A stretch of 19,375 nt of DNA. Origin: Verrucomicrobiota bacterium. Lineage in GTDB: Bacteria > Verrucomicrobiota > Verrucomicrobiia > Limisphaerales > CANJSG01. The notes beneath the pieces were generated by a model. It was not told the origin of the DNA. It was given only the letters and a program-made list of their open reading frames with translations, and did not search any database. Both the position numbers and the translations under genes were made by a program. Location: assembly GCA_038209745.1 (NCBI GenBank), contig JBBQXJ010000088.1, positions 1-19,375 on the forward strand, given 5' to 3'. Each line of letters begins with the position of its first letter. The stretch's first letter is position 1. Of the stretch, positions 17,601 through 19,375 are shown one piece after another.

Positions 17601-18038
17601 ATGAAGATCCCCGGAAAATTGGCCGATCCGATGATGAAGATCCTTCGGATGTTTTTGTATCTGGTTTTGATCGTGTTGATCGGAGGCGTGGGCTGTTGGA
17701 TTTCGCTGGGGCAACATTGGGTAAATCCATCAGCAACAAGTTTTGACGGATTCCTTGGGAATCTCGGGACTTTCGCCGTTTCAGTCGCAGTCATGGCATT
17801 TGCAGATTTTCTGCTGCTTCCGGCGAGTGTTTACAACTCCACCAAAGCCCTTTGCCTCTATGTTCTGATGGCACTGGCGGTAGGCTCGGGAATCTTGGTT
17901 GTTGTTTGGCATCCCGAGTGGATTTGGTGGTTGGGAACCGCCAGTTTGGGTCTGGCAGTTTTCGAGTGGATCGTTGTCAATTTGGGGAACCAAAATTTTG
18001 ACGAGCCAGGATCAATCCTTGGAGGAGATGTCGAATGA
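17601..18038 (+). CDS. Hypothetical membrane protein with about 4 TM helices; true start may be 17561 via a frameshift
   Basis: Four hydrophobic stretches; visibly lower GC than upstream genes; stop overlaps the next ATG (ATGA at 18035-18038). Confidence 0.75.
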   Translation: MKIPGKLADPMMKILRMFLYLVLIVLIGGVGCWISLGQHWVNPSATSFDGFLGNLGTFAVSVAVMAFADFLLLPASVYNSTKALCLYVLMALAVGSGILVVVWHPEWIWWLGTASLGLAVFEWIVVNLGNQNFDEPGSILGGDVE

Positions 18039-19312
18039 GCCCGTTTCCATTAAAGCTGCAAGCCGTGAAAGTATCCCAGCCAATGGGCGACTTTTATGCG
18101 GTCGCAATCCCCGCAAAAATCCTACGTCCCATAGTATTTCTTGATCCGACTCGTATTGAGTCCGTTGACCGAAGCTCGTTTCTCTACCGACTGCTTGGGA
18201 ACCAGCGAGACGCTTCCACTTCTCGCGCGCGAGAGATTGCCAAATACATCAACACCGTGGAGTCGGCCTTCCCCAACAGCATTATCCTGGCCGCCAACTA
18301 TGTTGAGTATGGAAGTTTGCAGGAGGACCCTGCTCGTAGGTGGAAGGTAGGAAAGGATTCGAGCGGGCTTTTCCTCACGATTCCAACTGCTGAGCGCATG
18401 GCCAGTGTGGTCGATGGGCAACATCGGCTTCTGGGATTCGACTACTGCAAACCTGAACGAAGGGACATGGAGCTTTTGTGCGCGGTTTACATGGATTTGC
18501 CGCAGGCCTACCAAGCTTACCTTTTTGCGACCATCAACATCAATCAGAGGAAGGTGAACAAGAGCCTCGCCTACGAGCAGTTCGGCTACAATTTGGATGA
18601 CGAAAAGCCAGAGGGTTGGGCACCAGACAAGCTGGCGGTATTCTTCACGAGGAAGCTGAACCTAAATCCAGAGTCACCGTTGCATCAGCATATCAAGATT
18701 GCACCGTTGGAGGCTGACTTGGTCTTTCAGAAATCTTCGGACTCCGACTGGGTTGTTTCTACCGCTTGCATCGTTGAAGGGATTGTTTCGCTGGTTTCAG
18801 CGCGCCCGAAGATTGACCGGGATCTTCTTCATTCCAAGCAGCCGAATGAACGGAACCGAAGCGGGTTGCCTCAAGACGGGGCTCCGTTTCGTGATCTTTT
18901 TCGGCAGTGCCAAGACGAAGTGTTGTGGGGCCAAATTTTGGGATTCTTTTCCGTCGTCAAACAGACATTCTGGGCGAAAGCCTCCGAAAAATCCTTCATC
19001 AAGAAGACGATTGGCGTTCAGGCGTTGTTTGATGTCTTCAGAGTCCTGGGTCTCAGATTCGAACTCGATAAGTTGTCACAGGAGGTCGGTCGTGTTGCTG
19101 GGGTAGCCTCAGCCATTGATTTCGGAGGAGACTTTTTCCAAGCCTCAGGCAAAGGACGAGTCAGGGTCAAAAACGTGATCTTGAGAGCGGCTGGATTGAT
19201 AGGAGATGCCGACCTGCCAGCACCAGACCGTGTGGGGCATCGGCGTCCGAAGGCGGGTGTCATGATGCGGCGTAGAGGGAGGCGAGGCGTGGCACGGCGA
19301 GGGCTTCCGTGA
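18035..19312 (+). CDS. DGQHR-domain (DndB-like) phosphorothioation-associated protein; last 24 aa derived from IS sequence
   Basis: NQR, FPNSIILAAN, VVDGQHRL and FATININQRKV motifs; low-GC codon usage up to about 19237. Confidence 0.9.
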   Translation: MSPFPLKLQAVKVSQPMGDFYAVAIPAKILRPIVFLDPTRIESVDRSSFLYRLLGNQRDASTSRAREIAKYINTVESAFPNSIILAANYVEYGSLQEDPARRWKVGKDSSGLFLTIPTAERMASVVDGQHRLLGFDYCKPERRDMELLCAVYMDLPQAYQAYLFATININQRKVNKSLAYEQFGYNLDDEKPEGWAPDKLAVFFTRKLNLNPESPLHQHIKIAPLEADLVFQKSSDSDWVVSTACIVEGIVSLVSARPKIDRDLLHSKQPNERNRSGLPQDGAPFRDLFRQCQDEVLWGQILGFFSVVKQTFWAKASEKSFIKKTIGVQALFDVFRVLGLRFELDKLSQEVGRVAGVASAIDFGGDFFQASGKGRVRVKNVILRAAGLIGDADLPAPDRVGHRRPKAGVMMRRRGRRGVARRGLP

Positions 19313-19375
19313 GCCGGTCGCGCAGGGCGTGGCGGAGCCAGCGGAGGAACTTCACGCTGCGCTGGGTGGCCCGCC
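19238..19375 (-). mobile_element. End of an insertion sequence, probably IS4 family
   Basis: Abrupt return to high GC at CATCGGCGTCCGAAG, which resembles an IS terminal IR, with a transposase-like ORF ending 22 nt inside it. Confidence 0.65.
19260..19375 (-). CDS. Transposase C-terminus (partial), probably IS4 family
   Basis: Manual translation gives ...RATQRSVKFLRWLRHALRDRLTEALAVPRLASLYAAS*. I recognise the TQRSVKFxRWLR...LYA tail from IS4-family transposases; not confirmed by a search. Confidence 0.6.
   Translation of the reverse strand, partial: RATQRSVKFLRWLRHALRDRLTEALAVPRLASLYAAS

Noticed and set aside
805..17739. Many long antisense or alternative-frame ORFs (e.g. 2188-3660, 3344-5524, 5900-7336, 9252-11222, 12170-13423, 14054-15466)
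   Set aside because: Shadow ORFs expected in high-GC DNA opposite genes with clear motifs; they show no recognisable domains.

Overview
High-GC bacterial DNA; the gene content (DUF1552/DUF1592, DUF4159, PQQ-like propeller, esterase-gluconolactonase fusion) suggests the PVC superphylum, probably Verrucomicrobiota. Bases 1-11565 hold ordinary PVC-type secreted or redox genes. From about 11.9 kb there is an accessory DNA phosphorothioation (Dnd) locus on the + strand: dndC, an SBD-like/HNH endonuclease, a 5'-truncated dndD, a dndE-ATPase fusion (DndEi-like), a small membrane protein and a DGQHR (DndB-like) gene. The end of a probable IS4-family element interrupts the 3' end of the DGQHR gene. 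The main oddity is that the HNH nuclease, from a family that includes phosphorothioate-dependent restriction enzymes, sits where the start and Walker A of dndD should be. The locus may therefore have switched from writing phosphorothioates to restricting them, or may be decaying. Family calls come from motif recognition only; no searches were run.
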